Positions 60,235 through 64,000 of a stretch of DNA of 64,000 nt are shown here, in pieces (position 1 is the first letter of the stretch; every line of letters begins with the position of its first letter). The DNA comes from the human T2T-CHM13v2.0 reference genome, Homo sapiens. A program made the translations under genes and the position numbers. Under the pieces are notes generated by a model. That model was not told where the DNA came from and did not search any database. It saw only the letters and a list, made by a program, of their open reading frames with translations. The DNA lies in assembly GCF_009914755.1 (NCBI RefSeq), contig NC_060931.1. One strand, 5' to 3'.

Positions 60235-60933
60235 TTGAACTCCTGGGCTCAAGTGATACTTCTGCCTTGGCCTCTCAAAGTGCTGGGATCACAGACTTAA
60301 GGCCCAATGCTCAGCCCCTGCTGATTTTCTGAAGTCAAGTTTATGTTAATAATGTCTTTTATAGTACTTGAGATAATAATGATAAAATGTCAAATAAGTC
60401 AAAATGTCTTATTGTAGTACTTGAGATACTAGAATAAGACATAAGTCAAAATGTTTTTATAGTATTTGAGATAATTATGATAAAATATCTAGTAAGTGGG
60501 CAACATAAAATTGATCATGAACTACTTTTAGAGACAGATTAATATAACGGATACCATTAAATATGCAGTGCGCTATTGTGTTCTATAATGCTTCCATATT
60601 AGGAATCTTGTCACTCAGCCATAATTTAAACATTTGCCAAATTAAAATATATACTAATGAAATAAATACATAGGCTTCCGCAAATGTGAATGGGCAAATA
60701 TAATTGTCATTTCAGCAATTATTCTAAATTCTCTATGGCCAAACAATCAATTTTCCTTTTATCTTCAAAACAACTGTGTAAGGTTGAGCTATGAATCTAA
60801 CTTTGCAGCTGATAAACCATTTTAGCAAAGCTGAGTAACTCATCCAAATCTTTAGATAATAAGTCACGGAAACATGACTTCCAGGCATGGGTACTTAAGT
60901 ATATGTTCTACTACCCTTAAAGAAAATGCAGAA

Positions 60934-61613
<680 letters not shown>

Positions 61614-61659
61614 CTTAAAAATGAAAATTATCTTTGAAATTTACCATATCTAATCTGTG

Positions 61660-62295
61660 ACCTCATGGAGCTTATATTCTTGTGGGGGAAGATGAACACA
61701 TAAATGCAGAGGCAACTCTTCCATTTGCAATTGTTGGGAATGCTTTGAAGAAAAAATGCAGAGTTAGAGAATTAACTTGAGAACTAAAGGGTAAAAGAAA
61801 TGTAGTCAGGCCTCACTGACAAGAAAGCGGTGTAGGGACCTGGCATTTAGGGTGGGAGAGGAAGAAGAAGGATTGAGAGTGGACAATTCTGGTGGAATGG
61901 ACAATGAGTCTGCATGAGGATGCTTTAAGAGACAAGAGATTTGAGGAGGCCTCAGAACAAGAAAAAGGAGAGGAGGTCAGTGGAGAGACGGAAGCAGGGG
62001 AAGTGAGGGCAGTGGACAAGTGGGCTGGGCCTAATCAGTCAAGTTACACAATTTGGATTTTATCCCAGAATTCAAAAAGCTTCTGAAAGCTCTTCAGCAA
62101 GATTGTATCATAAATTTTGTGCCAAGAGAGTAAGAGGGGAAGAAGAGAAGCTGGTCAGAGGCCATGCCAGGAACCCAGGTACAATATGAGGGGTGATTGG
62201 GCACCGTGAAAGCAGTGGAGATTTTGTGATACATTTCTTGAAAGTAAAGCAACAGGACTTGATGACTAAGTGTGAGCATGGAGTTAGGTACAGGG
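61660..62295 (-). mobile_element. L2 relic
   Basis: ctcatggagcttatattctt and caacaggacttgatgactaag. Confidence 0.6.
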
Positions 62296-62749
62296 ACACT
62301 CAGGAGGCTTCAGTGAGCCGAGATCGCACCACTGCACTCTAACCTTGGCGACAGAGCGAGACTCCGTCTCAAAAGAAAAAAAAAAGAAAAGAAAAAAAGC
62401 TAGGATTCTCCTACATGTGGCTAAGATATAGATCAGAAGTCTTATTCACTGTAACAAAATCACTAACAAATTAATCTTAAGATAGACAATTTAGAGGACG
62501 ATTCAAGGAAACGCCAATACCTAAGCCCCGTTAGTGACTCTTACCGGGAAATTTGAACTGCTTATCTCTGTTGAATCTAATTTGGGTTTCCTGTAAATTT
62601 GAGTAGAATTAACTTACCCTGAACCTTTGTTATTTGAGATAAATTGCAGTGAGCTGAGTTCGTGCCGCTCCACTCCAGCCTGGGTGACAGTGCAAGACAA
62701 GACTCCATCTCAAAACAAAACAAAACAAAACAAAACAGAAAACAGCAGT

Positions 62750-62956
62750 ACCCGTTCCCTAGCTCCTTGTTCTCCAAATTATTCATAAAAACCCTAAACT
62801 CTAAGCCTTTGGGCAGACTGATTTGAGTGATGACTCCAATTCTTCTGCGTTGGGTGGCCTTGTGTCTATTAAACTCTTTCTCTGCTGAAATGCCCCATTC
62901 TCAGTGAATTGATTTTGTCTGTGCAGTGAGCAGGAAGAACTCACCAGGCAAATACA
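62750..62956 (+). mobile_element. 3' part of an ERV1 LTR (LTR8/MER4-group-like)
   Basis: agactgatttgagtgatgactcc...attaaactctttctc...caggaagaac. Confidence 0.6.
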
Positions 62957-63589
62957 ACCCCATCATGTCATCTTTCCGTGTCAGTTCAACCAAAAGAATA
63001 ATTTCACTTTTGGTGAACTGCTGTGGCCAGGCCTTTCAGAAGCCGCCTCTAAAAATTTAAGTATAAATAATTTGAGGAAAGTCTTTAATCAGTGAGTTAG
63101 AATTTCAAGGATCAAAGATAATAGGTCTCTTAAAGTCCCTCTCATCTCTATAGAGCTGTCACCAGGCTAATAGCTCAGACACTCTTAGTCTCTCTCTTTC
63201 CTGTCTTTTTCATTCTCTCTGTATGTAGCTTTGTGTTCTGTCTCTCTCTTTCTCTCTTTTCCCCCATCTCCAGTTTTAGGAATATGATATTTGTTTCTTT
63301 TCCTTTGGTGATTATCCTGTGACTGTTTCTATTTTCTGTGCCTATCCTGCTGTACTTCCTCCTGTCCCTCCCATTAAACAAATAAACAAATATTTGTTGA
63401 GCTTCTACTTTGTATTAGGCTCTGTGCTAAATTCTGGATATTTAACTAGAAATAAAACAAATAAGATTCTTGCCCTCATTTGTATACATGGTGCTTGCAT
63501 TTCCCCTTTCCTTCAGTCTGTCTGCTTTTTCTTTCTCTTTTTCTTTCTACTCTTCCAACTTCATTAACTGGATATAATGTGAAATTAAA

Positions 63590-63894
63590 TTATTTTATTT
63601 TATTCTATTTTTGAGATGGAGTCTCACTCTGTCACCCAGGCTGGAGTACTGTGACATGATCTCAGCTCACTGCTGACTCCACCTCCCAGGTTCAGGCAAT
63701 TCTCCTGCCTCAATCTCCCGAGTAGCTGGGATTACAGGTGTCTGCCACCACACCCAGCTACTTTTTGTATTTTTAATAGAGATAGGGTTTCATCATGTTG
63801 GCCAGGCTGGTCTCAAACTCCTGACCTCAGGTGATTCACCCTCCTTGGCCTCCCAAAGTGTTGGGATTACAGGCGTAAGCCACAGTGCCTGGCC
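63590..63894 (-). mobile_element. Alu (AluS)
   Basis: Alu consensus. Confidence 0.92.
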
Positions 63895-64000
63895 CCAAAT
63901 TAAATTTTTTTAAATACCACTTATCTATATTGAATCTAATATTCTACCTCCTGCTCCATGTTTTAATGCATTTTTCCTTCAAAAATCAAAGTAAAATGAT

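Overview
Primate (human-like) genomic DNA, AT-rich and dense in Alus. The + strand carries the 3' part of BZW2 (eIF5-mimic protein 5MP1, with MA3-like and W2 domains). Ten GT-AG coding exons (2106-33784, 1202 coding nt) splice in frame from '[11 protein letters not shown]' to the stop after 'ESESEGEEN'. A short 3' UTR follows, with AATAAA at 34194; the start codon lies upstream of the window. The remaining ~30 kb is intergenic and repeat-rich. Mobile DNA includes about 35 Alus, an L1-mobilised HERV-W retrocopy, a MER11 solo LTR, THE1/MST/MLT LTRs, and L1, L2, MIR and hAT relics. Almost all non-BZW2 ORFs in the track are Alu or low-complexity artefacts. I found no new protein-coding system. The most unusual signals are structural: several short (70-340 bp) locally templated duplications of similar apparent age, one captured inside an Alu insertion and one inverted 10 kb away; a hairpin array with flipped loops inside a DNA transposon; and several aberrant Alus. 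Repeat family names are recognised from memory, identities are hand counts, and most repeat boundaries are approximate.
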